From Myxococcota bacterium (lineage in GTDB: Bacteria; Myxococcota_A; UBA796; UBA9615; JAKLKC01): a stretch of 64,000 bases of DNA. Shown here one piece after another: positions 20,192-31,214 of the stretch (the first letter of the stretch is position 1; each line of letters begins with the position of its first letter). Below the pieces are notes generated by a model that was not told the DNA's origin, did no database searches, and saw only the letters and a program-made list of their open reading frames with translations. The stretch is from contig JAKLKC010000004.1 of the NCBI GenBank assembly GCA_023150875.1, forward strand, positions 15,993 through 79,992. Reading direction: 5' to 3'. Both the position numbers and the translations under genes were made by a program.

Positions 20192-22212
20192 CCGGGGGAA
20201 GCCAGGATCCGGTCGAGGTCCGCCCGGAGCAGGGGATCGGCCCTCTCCCTCCAGGCGCGGAGCACCGGCTCGCTCCGGGCCCGGGGCGCCCTCTCGGCGA
20301 TGTCAAGGACCTCGTCGGCGACGAAGGGGATCCTCTTGCCCAGCTCGCCCCACAGCCGCGCCCAGGCGCGCTCGTCGCCCCGGGCGGCCAGCACCCGGGC
20401 GGCGTACAGGCGCACGTAGACGTCCTCGTGGTCGAGCATGGCCGCGAGCCGAGGCGTGGCGCCGTCCAGCGCGCCACCGGGGAGCTCGGCGAGCCGCGCC
20501 GTCGCCACCCTCTTCAGCTCCACCGGGGCGTCCTCGATGGCGGCCACCAGCCGCTCCACCCCCTCGGGCCTGCCGAGGGAGGCGAGCAGGAACGCGGCGT
20601 GGAGGCGGGACTCGGCGTCCTCGCCCTCCAGCCACGACCGCGCCATCGGCTCCGCCCCTTCGTCCCCGAGCCGCCCCAGGGCCCTCATCAGGAGGTCCTG
20701 CTCGCCCCCCGGGGTGTGGAGCCACGGGCGCAGCAGGAACCGCACGTGGTCGTCCGGGTGCCGGGCGAGGATCTCCAGCGCCTCCCGGGCGTGACCCGAG
20801 CCGGTGGCCACCCGCACCAGGAAGGCGGTCGCGTCGGGGTGCAGCGGGCCGGGGAGCCGGGAGAGGAGGGCGATCCCCATCCCCCGGTCCTGCCAGCTCC
20901 CGGGGTCCAGGCGGGCGAGGACGGCGGGCACGACGGCGGCGTCCCCACCATCGGCCAGGAACCGCACCGCCGCGTCCCGCACCGAGTCCAGGTCGCTGGA
21001 CAGCAGCTCCTCCACCACCCGGCCGTGGTGGCGGGGGTAGTCCAGGCGGGCCAGGGCGATCACCGCGTCCCGCCGCACCACCGGGTTCGCCTCCCGGCTC
21101 GCCGCCTCCAGGGCGGGGATCGCCGCCGCATCGCCGATCCGCCCGAGGGCGACGGCCACCTCGCTGCGGACGTAGTCGTTGGGGTCCCCGAGGGCGGCGG
21201 TCAGGGCGGGCACGACGGCCTTCGCCTTCAGGTCGCCGGCCACGAAGGCGGCGTTGAACCGGATGTAGGCGCGGCGGTCCGCGAGGGCCTCCCCCAGGAA
21301 GGGGGCGGGGTCCTCGCCCAGGCGCTGCAGGGCGAAGACGACGTTGTTCACCAGGCGGGCGTCGGCGGTGCGGTCGAGCCGGCTACGCAGGAAGGGCAGG
21401 GCGGCGGGATCGCCCACCCGGCCGAGGTTGTAGATCACCCGGTTCTGGAGGTGGGGGGCGTGGTCCACCAGCGCGACGAGGGGCCGCACCGCGGCGGTGA
21501 GCCTCAGGTCCCCCGCGCGCTCCACCGAGAACTCCAGGACGTCCGGGGGCACGTCCCCCGACGGCGCGGCCCGCAGCGGCGCCACGACCACCTCTTCCAG
21601 GGCGCGGGCGGGCAGCAACCGGCGCAGGTCCCAGAGGGCCTGCTGCGTCGCGGGGTCCCAGGACGTGCGGAAGCGGTCCAGCAGGGGACGGACCGCCTGG
21701 GGATCGCCGAGGCGGCCGAGGGCCCGGACGGCCTCCTCCCTCAGGTACTCGGGCACCCCCTTCTTGCCCACCAGGTCCAGCAGCCGGGCGGTGGCCTGCC
21801 GGCTCTCCAGGGAGCCGAGCGCCTGGATCGCCCGGGAGCGCACGGCGTACTCGGGATCGTCCAGGGCGTCCAGGAGGGGGCCCAGGGCCCGCGGGTCCCG
21901 GGTGGCGGTGAGCACCAGGGCGCAGGCGGCGCGGACGTCCGGGCTCATGCTGCCCACCAGGCCGTTGACCACGGCGGGGGTCGCGGGCCGGCCGAGCCGC
22001 ACCAGGTCGCTGGTGGCGGGCAGGTCGTAGGGATCGAGGTTGATGAGCAGCCCGTCCTCCCGGGCGAGCCGCTCCAGGACCTCGCGCTTCCGGTCGGGAG
22101 CGGGGCCGGCGCTCCCGCCTCCCCCCCACGCCTCGGCGAGGGAGGTCACCAGCGCGAGGGCGCACAGCACCGCCGCGGGCAGCGCACTCCGTCGAGCCAG
22201 GATCCCGACCAT
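20188..22212 (-). CDS. HEAT-repeat (PBS lyase HEAT-like) protein, secreted
   Basis: 674 aa, signal peptide [28 protein letters not shown]. Many ~30-aa repeats of the form [28 protein letters not shown]. Confidence 0.75.
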   Translation of the reverse strand: MVGILARRSALPAAVLCALALVTSLAEAWGGGGSAGPAPDRKREVLERLAREDGLLINLDPYDLPATSDLVRLGRPATPAVVNGLVGSMSPDVRAACALVLTATRDPRALGPLLDALDDPEYAVRSRAIQALGSLESRQATARLLDLVGKKGVPEYLREEAVRALGRLGDPQAVRPLLDRFRTSWDPATQQALWDLRRLLPARALEEVVVAPLRAAPSGDVPPDVLEFSVERAGDLRLTAAVRPLVALVDHAPHLQNRVIYNLGRVGDPAALPFLRSRLDRTADARLVNNVVFALQRLGEDPAPFLGEALADRRAYIRFNAAFVAGDLKAKAVVPALTAALGDPNDYVRSEVAVALGRIGDAAAIPALEAASREANPVVRRDAVIALARLDYPRHHGRVVEELLSSDLDSVRDAAVRFLADGGDAAVVPAVLARLDPGSWQDRGMGIALLSRLPGPLHPDATAFLVRVATGSGHAREALEILARHPDDHVRFLLRPWLHTPGGEQDLLMRALGRLGDEGAEPMARSWLEGEDAESRLHAAFLLASLGRPEGVERLVAAIEDAPVELKRVATARLAELPGGALDGATPRLAAMLDHEDVYVRLYAARVLAARGDERAWARLWGELGKRIPFVADEVLDIAERAPRARSEPVLRAWRERADPLLRADLDRILASPG

Positions 22213-22386
22213 GTCACCCCCCGCTTCGGCGTGTGGGGGCGATCATACCAGCCCCGGGCTGCCGTCGCGCCGGACCGACCGTCCCGGGGGCGACTCGGGG
22301 GGCCGGATGTGATAGAGATGTCCGCCGCTCGCGCGTCGGGAGGGACCGGGCCCCGGCGCCCGGCCTCCGGAAGGACTGAGGACCGG

Positions 22387-23997
22387 ATGAAGGTTGGCAT
22401 TCCGCGGGAGGTGCTGGCCGGCGAGCGCCGCGTCGCCGGCACCCCCGACACCGTCCGAAAGCTGGTGGATCTCGGCTTCGCGGTCCAGGTGGAGTCCGGC
22501 GCCGGAGAGGCCGCGGATCAACCCGACGCCGCCTACGCCGAGGCGGGCGCCGAGGTGGTGGACGGCGCCGCCTCCCTGTGGGCCACCAGCGACCTGGTGC
22601 TGAAGGTGCGCCCCCCCACCCTGGAGGAGGCCGATCTCCTCAAGGAGGGGGCGGCCGTGGTGGGCTTCGTGTTCCCGGCGTCCCAGGGGCCCCTGCTGGA
22701 GCGGCTGGCGGCCCGGAGCGCCACCCTCCTGGCGATGGACTGCGTCCCCCGGATCAGCCGCGCCCAGAAGATGGACGCCCTGAGCTCCATGGCGAACATC
22801 GCCGGCTACCGGGCGGTGGTGGAGGCGTCGGCCCACTTCGGCCGCTTCTTCACCGGGCAGATCACCGCCGCCGGGAAGGTCCCCCCGGCGAAGGTGCTGG
22901 TGATCGGCGCCGGCGTCGCCGGGCTGGCCTCCATCGCCGCCGCCAAGGGCCTGGGGGCGATCGTGCGGGCCTTCGACACCCGCGCGGCGGTGAGGGAGCA
23001 GGTCCAGAGCCTCGGCGCCGAGTTCCTGGAGGTGGAGATCGAGGAGTCGGGGGACGGCGGGGGAGGTTACGCCCGCCAGATGAGCCCCGAGTTCATCCGG
23101 GCCGAGATGGACCTCTTCCACGCCCAGGCGAAGGAGGTGGACATCATCGTGACCACGGCCCTGGTGCCCGGGCGGCCCGCGCCCCGCCTGCTGGAGCGCC
23201 GCGCCGTGGAGGCCATGCGGCCCGGCTCGGTGATCGTGGACCTCGCCGCCGAGCAGGGGGGCAACTGCGAGCTGACGGTGCCGGGCGAGAGGGTGGTGCA
23301 CCAAGGGGTGCAGATCCTCGGCTTCACCGACCTGCCCTCCCGCATGGCGGCCACGGCGAGCCAGCTCTACGGGACCAACCTGGTCCACCTGCTCTCGGAC
23401 ATGGGGGGGGGCCGGGACTTCCGGGTCGACCTGGAGGACGAGGTGGTGCGGGGCGCCCTGGTGCTGCACCGGGGAGAGACGACCTGGCCGCCCCCCCCAC
23501 CGAAGCCCGCCCCCGAGGCGGCGGCGGCTCCGGCGGGGGCGGTCGCGCCGAAGCCGGCGGTGGGCGCGGCCCCCCGGGGGGACGCCGTCAACCCCGTGGG
23601 CCACCGCCCGCCGGATCCCCGCCCGGTGCTGGGGGGAAATGCCCTGGCGGCGCTGGGGGTGGTCGCGGCGGCGGGTTGGCTGGCGCTGCGCTACGGCCTC
23701 ACCGGGGACGCCTCGCCGGCGGCCACCCAGTTCCTCCAGCACCTCACGGTCTTCGTGCTCGCCTGCTTCGTGGGGTGGCAGGTGATCTGGAGCGTGAGCC
23801 CGGCCCTCCACACGCCCTTGATGAGCGTCACCAACGCCATCAGCGGGATCATCATCGTGGGCGGGATGCTCCAGGCCCACGGGGACCCCCTGGCGCCGGC
23901 GGCGGTGATCGGCGGCCTCGCGGTGCTGCTGGCGGCGATCAACGTCGCCGGCGGCTTCCTCGTCACCCAGCGCATGCTGCGCATGTTCAGGAAGTAG
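22387..23997 (+). CDS. pntA: Proton-translocating NAD(P) transhydrogenase subunit alpha (PntA, including membrane alpha2 part)
   Basis: [26 protein letters not shown].., Rossmann [22 protein letters not shown], and C-terminal TM helices. ATG 22387 lies in the 19846..23997 track frame, whose upstream part is noise. Confidence 0.9.
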   Translation: MKVGIPREVLAGERRVAGTPDTVRKLVDLGFAVQVESGAGEAADQPDAAYAEAGAEVVDGAASLWATSDLVLKVRPPTLEEADLLKEGAAVVGFVFPASQGPLLERLAARSATLLAMDCVPRISRAQKMDALSSMANIAGYRAVVEASAHFGRFFTGQITAAGKVPPAKVLVIGAGVAGLASIAAAKGLGAIVRAFDTRAAVREQVQSLGAEFLEVEIEESGDGGGGYARQMSPEFIRAEMDLFHAQAKEVDIIVTTALVPGRPAPRLLERRAVEAMRPGSVIVDLAAEQGGNCELTVPGERVVHQGVQILGFTDLPSRMAATASQLYGTNLVHLLSDMGGGRDFRVDLEDEVVRGALVLHRGETTWPPPPPKPAPEAAAAPAGAVAPKPAVGAAPRGDAVNPVGHRPPDPRPVLGGNALAALGVVAAAGWLALRYGLTGDASPAATQFLQHLTVFVLACFVGWQVIWSVSPALHTPLMSVTNAISGIIIVGGMLQAHGDPLAPAAVIGGLAVLLAAINVAGGFLVTQRMLRMFRK

Positions 23998-24008
23998 GAG
24001 ACGCCGGC

Positions 24009-25421
24009 TTGGAATCCCTGCTCCTCACCGTCGCCTACATCGTCTCCAGCGTGCTGTTCATCCTGAGCCTGCGCGGCCTCTCCGCCCAGGAGACGGCCCG
24101 CCGCGGCAACGCCTACGGGTTCGCGGGGATGGCCCTGGCGGTGCTCGCCACCGCGACCTCCCAGGCCATCGACTCCTACGCCCTGCTGCTCCTCGCCCTC
24201 GTGGTGGGCAGCGCCGTGGGGGCGGCCATGGCCTCCCGGGTGGCGATGACGGCGATGCCCGAGCTGGTGGCGCTGCTCCACAGCTTCGTGGGCGCGGCGG
24301 CGGTGCTGGTGGGCTTCGCCAGCTACCTCGGCGACGCGGGAGGGCACGGCCCCCGGGGGATCCTGCTGGGGGAGATCGCCGTCGACGTGTTCATCGGATC
24401 CCTGACCTTCACGGGATCGGTGGTGGCCTTCCTGAAGCTCCGGGGCAGCGTCTCGGGCAAGCCCCTGATCCTGCCCGCCCGCCACGCCCTGAACGCCGGC
24501 CTCCTGACCGCCTGCGTCGTCCTCTCGGTGGCCTTCGGCCTCGCCCCCGACACGGCGGGCCTCCTCTACCTGGTGGGTGCCGCCCTCCTCTCGGGGGTGC
24601 TGGGGGTCCACCTGGTGGCGGCCATCGGCGGGGCGGACATGCCGGTGGTGGTCTCCCTCCTCAACAGCTACTCCGGGTGGACCGCCGCGGCGGCGGGCTT
24701 CATGCTGGGCAACGACCTGCTGATCATCACCGGCGCCCTGGTGGGCTCCAGCGGCGCCATCCTCAGCATCATCATGTGCCGGGCGATGAACCGCTCGATC
24801 TGGAACGTGGTCTTCAGCGGCTTCGGCTCCGACTCCGGCGCCCAGGCCCGGCCCCAGTCGGGTCCCGCCGACGCCCAGGGCGAGGTGGTGGAGACCGACG
24901 TGGAGGAGACCGCGGCCTCCCTGCTGGCCGCCCGGGACGTGGTCATCGTGCCCGGCTACGGAATGGCGGTGGCCCGGGCCCAGCACGCGGTGAACGAGCT
25001 GACCGAGACGCTCCGGGCCCGGGGGGCGAAGGTGCGCTTCGCCATCCACCCCGTCGCGGGCCGCCTGCCTGGCCACATGAACGTCCTCCTGGCGGAAGCC
25101 GACGTCCCCTACGACATCGTCCTGGAGATGGACGAGATCAACGACGACTTCCCCCGAACCGACGTGGTGCTGGTGATCGGCGCCAACGACATCGTGAACC
25201 CGGGGGCCCTGACCGACGCGTCGAGCCCGATCTACGGGATGCCGGTGCTGAAGGTGTGGGAGTCGGGCCGGGTGGTGATGTTCAAGCGGGGCCGTTCGGC
25301 GGGCTACGCCGGGGTGGACAACCCGCTGTTCTACGAGCGCAACACCCGCATGCTCTTCGGCGACGCCCGCCAGACCATGGACCGCCTGGTCGCCGCCGTG
25401 AAGGCCCGCGCCGCGGCCTGA
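24009..25421 (+). CDS. pntB: NAD(P) transhydrogenase subunit beta (PntB)
   Basis: N-terminus (TTG-M)[45 protein letters not shown] aligns with enterobacterial PntB [25 protein letters not shown]... C-terminal dIII domain (..[20 protein letters not shown].. GANDIVNP..). Only TTG 24009 is available as a start in frame after the pntA stop. Confidence 0.85.
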   Translation: MESLLLTVAYIVSSVLFILSLRGLSAQETARRGNAYGFAGMALAVLATATSQAIDSYALLLLALVVGSAVGAAMASRVAMTAMPELVALLHSFVGAAAVLVGFASYLGDAGGHGPRGILLGEIAVDVFIGSLTFTGSVVAFLKLRGSVSGKPLILPARHALNAGLLTACVVLSVAFGLAPDTAGLLYLVGAALLSGVLGVHLVAAIGGADMPVVVSLLNSYSGWTAAAAGFMLGNDLLIITGALVGSSGAILSIIMCRAMNRSIWNVVFSGFGSDSGAQARPQSGPADAQGEVVETDVEETAASLLAARDVVIVPGYGMAVARAQHAVNELTETLRARGAKVRFAIHPVAGRLPGHMNVLLAEADVPYDIVLEMDEINDDFPRTDVVLVIGANDIVNPGALTDASSPIYGMPVLKVWESGRVVMFKRGRSAGYAGVDNPLFYERNTRMLFGDARQTMDRLVAAVKARAAA

Positions 25422-25550
25422 GGGGGGGACCGGGGCGGACCGGCGATCCCGGGCACACCCTGACCCGGTCGAAGGCGCCGACTTTCGCAAGGGGGCGCCC
25501 CCGCGGACCGAGGCGGGGCACCCTGCCCCCCCGCCGCGCCCGGAGGTCCC

Positions 25551-26144
25551 ATGACCGCTCCCGCCCCCCTCTCCTTGGCCGCGCGCGCCCTTCCCCTCCT
25601 CGGCCTCGCCGGCCTGGCGGCGGCCCTCTCCCTCCCCGCCTGCCAGCCCGATCCGGGGGACGACGACGACAGCGCCGGAGACGACGACAGCGCCGGGGAC
25701 GACGACACCGCGGCGGACGACGACAGCGCCGCCGACGACGACAGCGCCGCGGACGACGACACCGCCGCGGACGACGACACCGCGCCGCCGGTGGGGGGAT
25801 CGGTGGCCTGGTCCGACGAGCTCCCCAACCCCTACATCCTGGAGCTCGACGGCAGCACCGCCCTGGACTTCGGGTTGGCGTACACGGTGGTCCTGCCCGA
25901 GCCCAACGAGCCGGCGGCGACCGTCACCCTCGCGGTCTGCTACCAGCAGGCGGGGGAGGCGGAGTCCTGCTCCGACCACGCGTTGGACGCCGTCGAGGGC
26001 GACGGCATGATCCGCTGGGGCATCGACCCCGAGTCCTGGGAGGTCGGCCTGAACCTCTACTCCCACACCCTGCGCCTGGAGCAGGACGGCACCCTGCTGG
26101 ACTCCGCCACCCTGAGCTGGGAGGTGACGGTGACGGGCGTGTAG
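25551..26144 (+). CDS. Putative lipoprotein with Asp-rich tandem repeat (DDDSA/DDDTA x7)
   Basis: Signal peptide MTAPAPLSLAARALPLLGLAGLAAALSLPAC followed by QPDPGDDDDSAGDDDSAGDDDTAADDDSAADDDSAADDDTAADDDTA (15-bp nucleotide tandem repeats ~25665-25790). Confidence 0.7.
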   Translation: MTAPAPLSLAARALPLLGLAGLAAALSLPACQPDPGDDDDSAGDDDSAGDDDTAADDDSAADDDSAADDDTAADDDTAPPVGGSVAWSDELPNPYILELDGSTALDFGLAYTVVLPEPNEPAATVTLAVCYQQAGEAESCSDHALDAVEGDGMIRWGIDPESWEVGLNLYSHTLRLEQDGTLLDSATLSWEVTVTGV

Positions 26145-26226
26145 ACCCCCGGGAGGAAGGGCCTCCCTTGCCCGCGGGAGCCCGCGGCGCGAGACTGGCG
26201 ACGGAGCGGACGGGGGGGGGGACCGG

Positions 26227-27345
26227 GTGGTGGGAGAGACCGTGGGAGCGAGCGACGCCCTGGACCGGGTGCCGTGTGGGAGCTGCGGGGCGAACCTGGA
26301 GTGGGACCCGGGGGAGGTGGCCCTCACCTGCCCCTACTGCGGGCACGTCCAGGCCGTGCTCCCCCCGGGAGGGATCCCCGGCGGGGCCGTCGTGGAGCAT
26401 CCCCTCTCCGAGGCCCTCTCGGACCTGCCCCGGGACCTGGGGATCGCGCTGCGGAAGATCGAGTGCCGGACCTGCGCCGCGGTCACCGATCTCGACCCCG
26501 GGGTGTACGCCGGCACCTGCGCCTTCTGCGGATCCCCCCAGGTGGGCGAGGTCCAGAGCCGCGGCGCCGTCCGGCCCGAGTCCCTGATCCCCTTCATGGT
26601 GGACCGGGATCGGGCCGCCGCCCTCTTCGACCGGTGGCTCGGGAAGCTGTGGTTCCGACCCTCGGACATGCGACGCCTCGCCCGCCTGGGACAGGTCCGG
26701 GGGATCTACCTGCCCTGCTACACCTTCGACGCCCAGGCGGACTCGTCCTGGACGGCCATGGCGGGCTACCACTACTACGAGTCCCAGACCTACACCGCCC
26801 AGGAGAACGGCCGGAACGTCACCCGGACGAGGCAGGTGCAGAAGACCCGTTGGGTCCCCGCCAGCGGCCACCACTCGGGCTTCTACGACGACGTGCTCGT
26901 GGGCGCCGGCCGGGGGTTGGAACCCAAGGAGCTGGCCGCCGTCGAACCCTTCGCCACCCAGGCCCTCGTCCCCTACCGCCCCGAGTTCCTCGCCGGCTTC
27001 GGCGCCGAGGAGCACGGGATGGAGCCCCGGGACGCCTGGCCGCGGGCCGAGGCCACCCTCCACGAGCGAGAGCGCGCCGCCTGCGCCGCCCAGGTCCCCG
27101 GCGACACCCACCGCGCCCTGGACGTCCACACCGTCCTGACCCGGCAGACCTTCAAGTCGGTCCTCCTCCCCGTGTACGTCGCCCCCTGGCGCTACCGCGA
27201 CCGCGCCTTCCGGGTGGTGATCAACGGTCAGACCGAGAAGGTCGCCGGCACCGCCCCCTGGAGCGTGGTCAAGATCGTCCTGGCGGTGCTCCTGCTGGTC
27301 GCCGTCGTCGCCGGGATCGCCTGGTGGCGCGGACAGGGGGGCTGA
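26227..27345 (+). CDS. Hypothetical double zinc-ribbon protein with C-terminal transmembrane anchor
   Basis: Two CxxC..CxxC ribbons (CGSCGANLEWDPGEVALTCPYCG and CRTCAAVTDLDPGVYAGTCAFCG), then a ~250-aa domain and TM helix VVKIVLAVLLLVAVVAGIAWW. Sane composition. Confidence 0.6.
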   Translation: MVGETVGASDALDRVPCGSCGANLEWDPGEVALTCPYCGHVQAVLPPGGIPGGAVVEHPLSEALSDLPRDLGIALRKIECRTCAAVTDLDPGVYAGTCAFCGSPQVGEVQSRGAVRPESLIPFMVDRDRAAALFDRWLGKLWFRPSDMRRLARLGQVRGIYLPCYTFDAQADSSWTAMAGYHYYESQTYTAQENGRNVTRTRQVQKTRWVPASGHHSGFYDDVLVGAGRGLEPKELAAVEPFATQALVPYRPEFLAGFGAEEHGMEPRDAWPRAEATLHERERAACAAQVPGDTHRALDVHTVLTRQTFKSVLLPVYVAPWRYRDRAFRVVINGQTEKVAGTAPWSVVKIVLAVLLLVAVVAGIAWWRGQGG

Positions 27346-27349
27346 GCGC

Positions 27350-29185
27350 TCAGCCCGGCAGCCAGCGCCTCCAGAACGCCTTGCGCTCCCGCAGCCAGCG
27401 GTCGAGGCCGCGGTTCTCGGGGGCGGTGGCCAGGTCGGCGCCCCGGCCATAGGACTGGTAGCGGTGGCGGCCCAGAGGGGGGAAGCCGCTCCAGTGGGTC
27501 GCCTTCACCGCGGGGCGCCGGTCCCGCCCGTGGAGCACCCACACCTCGGCCGCCTCGCCCCCCGGCGCCTGCCGCCCCGCCAGGCGATGCACGCCCCGAC
27601 CCAGCTCCACCACCTCGCCATCGGCGACGGGGGTCCCGTCCAGGGTCGCCTCCCCCCGGAACGGGGCGCGGAAGACCACGGTGTAGGCGCCCGCCGCCAG
27701 CGCCTCGACGTCCGCCTCCGCCGCGCCCCCCGCTGGCACCTCCACCCGGCCGCCGTGGAGGAGCAGGTTGTCGGCGTACGGCAGGTAGTGGCTCCGCACG
27801 AAGGCCCGCTCCTCGGGTGTGAGGTAGCGCTCGCGGCTCATGTACTCGTACACGTAGAACAGCGCCGGCGCCGCCCGCCACTCCTCCACCAGCCCGCCGT
27901 CCTCCTCCCTCTGCCAGCTCCGGTTCAGGGCCGTGTTGAAGAAGCCCACCATCGGGTAGCCGGGCACCAGCCCGATCCCGTCGGCGTAGGGCACGGGCTC
28001 GGGATACAGGGCGTGGGCGGCGCGCATGATCGCCCGCTGGTACCCGTTGTGGACCGCCAGGTAGGTGCCGTACCACGGCACGGCGATCGCCGCCACCAGC
28101 GCCAGGGCCACCCCGCCGAGGAGCAGGCCCGCGGCGCGACTCCGCCGCGCCAGCGCCGCCGCGCCCGCCCCCGCCACCACCGCCAGGAAGGGCTCGAAGT
28201 GGGCGACGTAGTACATGAAGAAGCCGCGGTGGAAGGCGATGGTGGAGAGCATCGCCAGGGGGAAGGCCACCACCGCCGCCACCCGGGCGCGGGGGGGAAG
28301 GCCCGCGGCGGAGGCGGGGCTCCCGGGGGACGCGGGGGGGCGCAGCATCAGGGGGATCGCCGCCAGCGCCGCCAGCCCGTAGGAGAGGGGACCCAGGTGG
28401 GCGGCCTTCTTCAGGGCCCCGTAGCGCGCCTCGAGGCCGCCCCCCTCCGCGAAGGCGGTGCCCGCGGCGGCGCCGAGGTTCCGGCGCACGAACTCCAGGC
28501 CCAGCCCGGAGATCGCCGCCATGAACCCGTACCACCCCACCACCACCGCCGCCGCCACCAGGTCCGCCGCCCCGAGGAAGGCCAGGGTGCCGGGGAGGGC
28601 CGCCCTCCGGGTCCCCGCCGGGCGGGCCGCCCAGGCCGCGGCGGCGGCGGCGTGGAAGGCGGCGAGGGGGTACACCGACTTCTGGCTCACGCAGCAGGCC
28701 ACCCCGAAGACCAGCCCCACCCAGGCCCCCCGCCGAGCGCCGGTGGGGCGGTCCACCAGGGCGGCCAGGGCCAGCAGCGCCAGCGGGGTGGCGAAGGAGT
28801 CGGTCCGCAGCTCCACGGCGTGGGCCAGCCAGTTCCCCCCCACCAGAAGCGCCGCCGCCGCCGCCGCGCCCGCCCCCCTGGGGCCGATCCTCTCCGCCAG
28901 CCTCCCCGCCAGCAGGGCGGTGCCGGTGGCGGCGCCGAGGGCCACCATCCGCCCGCCCAGGAAGGCCGCCTCGGGGCTCCCCAGCCACAGCAGGGGCACC
29001 AGCGCGAAGAAGAGCAGCCCCGGCCGGCCCGGCTCGGCGAAGTCGCCGAATCGGAAGTCCGTGACGTGGCGGAGCAGGTTGTACTCGTCGCAGTGCCCCG
29101 CCGCCCGCCACGCCAGGGGCGCGTAGGCGGCCAGCCCCAGCAGGCACACCACCGCCAGGGCCCGATCACACTTCGCCCCCCTCAC
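27350..29185 (-). CDS. GT-C fold glycosyltransferase, family 39/83-like (PMT/ArnT-like) integral membrane protein
   Basis: GTG 29185 overlaps the NUDIX stop (GTGA). N-terminal loop carries a DE motif (HCDEYNLLRHVTDF), followed by ~11 predicted TM helices and a C-terminal soluble domain. The 971-aa track ORF upstream of this start is noise. Confidence 0.65.
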   Translation of the reverse strand: MRGAKCDRALAVVCLLGLAAYAPLAWRAAGHCDEYNLLRHVTDFRFGDFAEPGRPGLLFFALVPLLWLGSPEAAFLGGRMVALGAATGTALLAGRLAERIGPRGAGAAAAAALLVGGNWLAHAVELRTDSFATPLALLALAALVDRPTGARRGAWVGLVFGVACCVSQKSVYPLAAFHAAAAAAWAARPAGTRRAALPGTLAFLGAADLVAAAVVVGWYGFMAAISGLGLEFVRRNLGAAAGTAFAEGGGLEARYGALKKAAHLGPLSYGLAALAAIPLMLRPPASPGSPASAAGLPPRARVAAVVAFPLAMLSTIAFHRGFFMYYVAHFEPFLAVVAGAGAAALARRSRAAGLLLGGVALALVAAIAVPWYGTYLAVHNGYQRAIMRAAHALYPEPVPYADGIGLVPGYPMVGFFNTALNRSWQREEDGGLVEEWRAAPALFYVYEYMSRERYLTPEERAFVRSHYLPYADNLLLHGGRVEVPAGGAAEADVEALAAGAYTVVFRAPFRGEATLDGTPVADGEVVELGRGVHRLAGRQAPGGEAAEVWVLHGRDRRPAVKATHWSGFPPLGRHRYQSYGRGADLATAPENRGLDRWLRERKAFWRRWLPG

Positions 29186-29634
29186 CCGCGGCCCCCCCGG
29201 GCGCGGGCCAGGGCCGCCTCCAGGACCGGCATCAGCCCCTCGGTGAGGGGGAGGGCCGCCGCCTCCCCCAGGGTCAGCCAGGCCACCGCCTCGGCGTCGT
29301 CCCCGGCGCGGAGCGCGCCCCCCAGGGGGGTGGCGAGCCAGTCCACGATGACGTAGTGGCTCCTCACCCGCCCGTCCCCGTCCCGGGCGACGCGGTCCAC
29401 CACCGCCAGCACCTCCGTCGCCCGCACCGACAGCCCCGTCTCCTCCCGGGCCTCCCGCTCCGCCGCCGCCGCCGTCCCCTCCCCCAGCTCCACCAGGCCC
29501 CCGGGCGCGCTCCACCGCCCCCGGGCGGGCTCCCGCCCCCGCCGGACGAGCAGGACCCGATCCCCGTCCACCACGACGGCCGCGGCGGCGACGAGGGGGC
29601 TCTTTGGGTAGTCCCGGGGGGGAAAGGACATCGG
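29182..29634 (-). CDS. NUDIX hydrolase
   Basis: Nudix box GGLVELGEGTAAAAEREAREETGL (Gx5Ex7REUxEExGU). Start at MSFPPRDYPK. Confidence 0.75.
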   Translation of the reverse strand, partial: PMSFPPRDYPKSPLVAAAAVVVDGDRVLLVRRGREPARGRWSAPGGLVELGEGTAAAAEREAREETGLSVRATEVLAVVDRVARDGDGRVRSHYVIVDWLATPLGGALRAGDDAEAVAWLTLGEAAALPLTEGLMPVLEAALARARGGRG

Positions 29635-29706
29635 GGCGGCGGGCGGTGGCTGGAGGGGGGGCCATCCTGCCCGACACATCCGCGGGCGGCAAGACCGGTC
29701 CCGGGG

Positions 29707-30313
29707 TCAGCCCTCCCTGCGCATCCGGGCGCGGCGGCCGCGGCCCCCGAGGGAGCGGCCCCGGAGGCTGAAGGGGGCTCGAAAGGCGTCGTGGACCTCG
29801 CCCAGGGGCGTGGCGGCCAGGAGCCAGCGCCGGGCGCCACCCGGGGGGGGTGGGTAGGTGAGGGGGCCGCTCCCCCGGAGGAGGCCCTCGGCCTCGGGAT
29901 CGCCGTCCGACGCCCTCTCCACGATCCGCGCCTGCTGCTCGGGGCCGTAGGCGGCGAAGGGGGCGTCCAGGGAGGGCACGTCGTAGGCCCCCCGGCCGAA
30001 CCGCGCCTGCTGGGCCAGGGAGATCCACATGTAGCTGCGGGGACCGGCGCCGTTCTGGGCCTGCCAGGCGTGGGTGAGCTCGTGCAGCAGCAGCCGCCTG
30101 TCCGGCAACGAGACGGGCGGCCCCCCCGCCAGGTCCCGCGAGAAGCGCTCCCTCCCCACGAACACGTACGAGGTCCGCAGGAGGGTCAGCACGAACGGCC
30201 GGGACCCCCAGCCCAGGCGGGGCACCAGGCGCACCCGGCGCACGTCCAGGGTGTCGCCGAACCACCGGCGGGCCAGGTCGGCCTCCGCCGGGTGCAGGGG
30301 GCGGGTGGGCATG
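29707..30313 (-). CDS. DUF4157-like HExxH zinc-metallopeptidase domain protein
   Basis: ..SYVFVGRERFSRDLAGGPPVSLPDRRLLLHELTHAWQAQNG matches the DUF4157 core (GRxLLAHELTHVxQ). ATG 30313 (MPTRPLHPAEADLARRWFG). Confidence 0.55.
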
Positions 30314-30428
30314 GTCGGATCATGGCACCGTGCCGGCCCCTCCGCCACCCCTGGGCCACCCCGGGGTGGGTCGCGGCACGGCCTTCGCACTCCCCCGCGG
30401 GGGGACCGCCACACGAAGGGAGATCGCG

Positions 30429-30914
30429 ATGGCCCACAAGGTCATGAGCAACGAGAAGATCTGCGACCACCTCAACACCCTCATCCAGGTGGACTTCGAC
30501 GCCATCTCCGCCTACGACGCCGCCATCGAGCGCCTCGAGGGCGACGACGAGGCGAGGCGGGCGCTGGAGGGGTTCCGGCAGGACCACCTGCGCCACACCC
30601 AGGACCTGGGTCGCCTCGTCGAGCAGTGCGGTGGCCAGCCCGCCACCCGCGGCGACGCCAAGTCCTTCGTGACCAAGGGCATGGTGATGTTGGGCGGCCT
30701 GCTGGGCAACGAGGCGGTGCTCCGCGCCATGAACACCAACGAGCGGGTCACCAACGAGTACTACGAGCGGGCGCTGCACAAGGACTTCCCCGAGAACGTG
30801 ATGGACGTCGTGCGCCGGAACCGCGAGGACGAGCGCCGCCACAAGTCCTGGATCGAGGCGCGCCTGGAGCGGGGCCGCGCCAAGGGGGCGCCGGAGCCCC
30901 GCGCGGGCATGTAG
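30429..30914 (+). CDS. Ferritin-like four-helix-bundle domain protein (DUF2383/PA2169-like or YciE-like)
   Basis: ATG 30429 after gaaggga RBS. 161 aa, helical with paired acidic/His positions (..DHLNTLIQVDFDAISAYDAAIERLEGDDEARRALEGFRQDHLRHTQDL.. NEYYERALHKD..EDERRHKSWIE). Family assignment is tentative. Confidence 0.5.
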   Translation: MAHKVMSNEKICDHLNTLIQVDFDAISAYDAAIERLEGDDEARRALEGFRQDHLRHTQDLGRLVEQCGGQPATRGDAKSFVTKGMVMLGGLLGNEAVLRAMNTNERVTNEYYERALHKDFPENVMDVVRRNREDERRHKSWIEARLERGRAKGAPEPRAGM

Positions 30915-31214
30915 CCCCCCGATCGTGGCCCCGACGCCCACCCGGGCGAGTCGGGGCCACGCCGGCGGGATCCCTTTCCCCGCACCGCCCCCTCCGCTCC
31001 CGGCCCCGATCCTCCGCCCGCGGCTTGCGGGCGCGCCGGAGCGGGCCTAACCTTCCCGACGCGACCGGCGGGGCGTTCCCGTCCCAGCCGGCCCGCGGAA
31101 CCTCAGGGTCCAGACCAGAGATGCACGCCGACGGCGGAGACATGGGCACCGGCCCAGAACCGCGCCCAGCGCCAGGCTAGTCGGGGGGACGCCCCCCGAA
31201 AGGGGAGGTGTCCC

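Noticed and set aside
19846-23997. 1383-aa plus-strand ORF spanning the HEAT gene antisense and pntA
   Set aside because: Only the last 536 codons (from ATG 22387) are PntA-like. Upstream is R/G/P-rich noise antisense to the well-supported HEAT-repeat gene.
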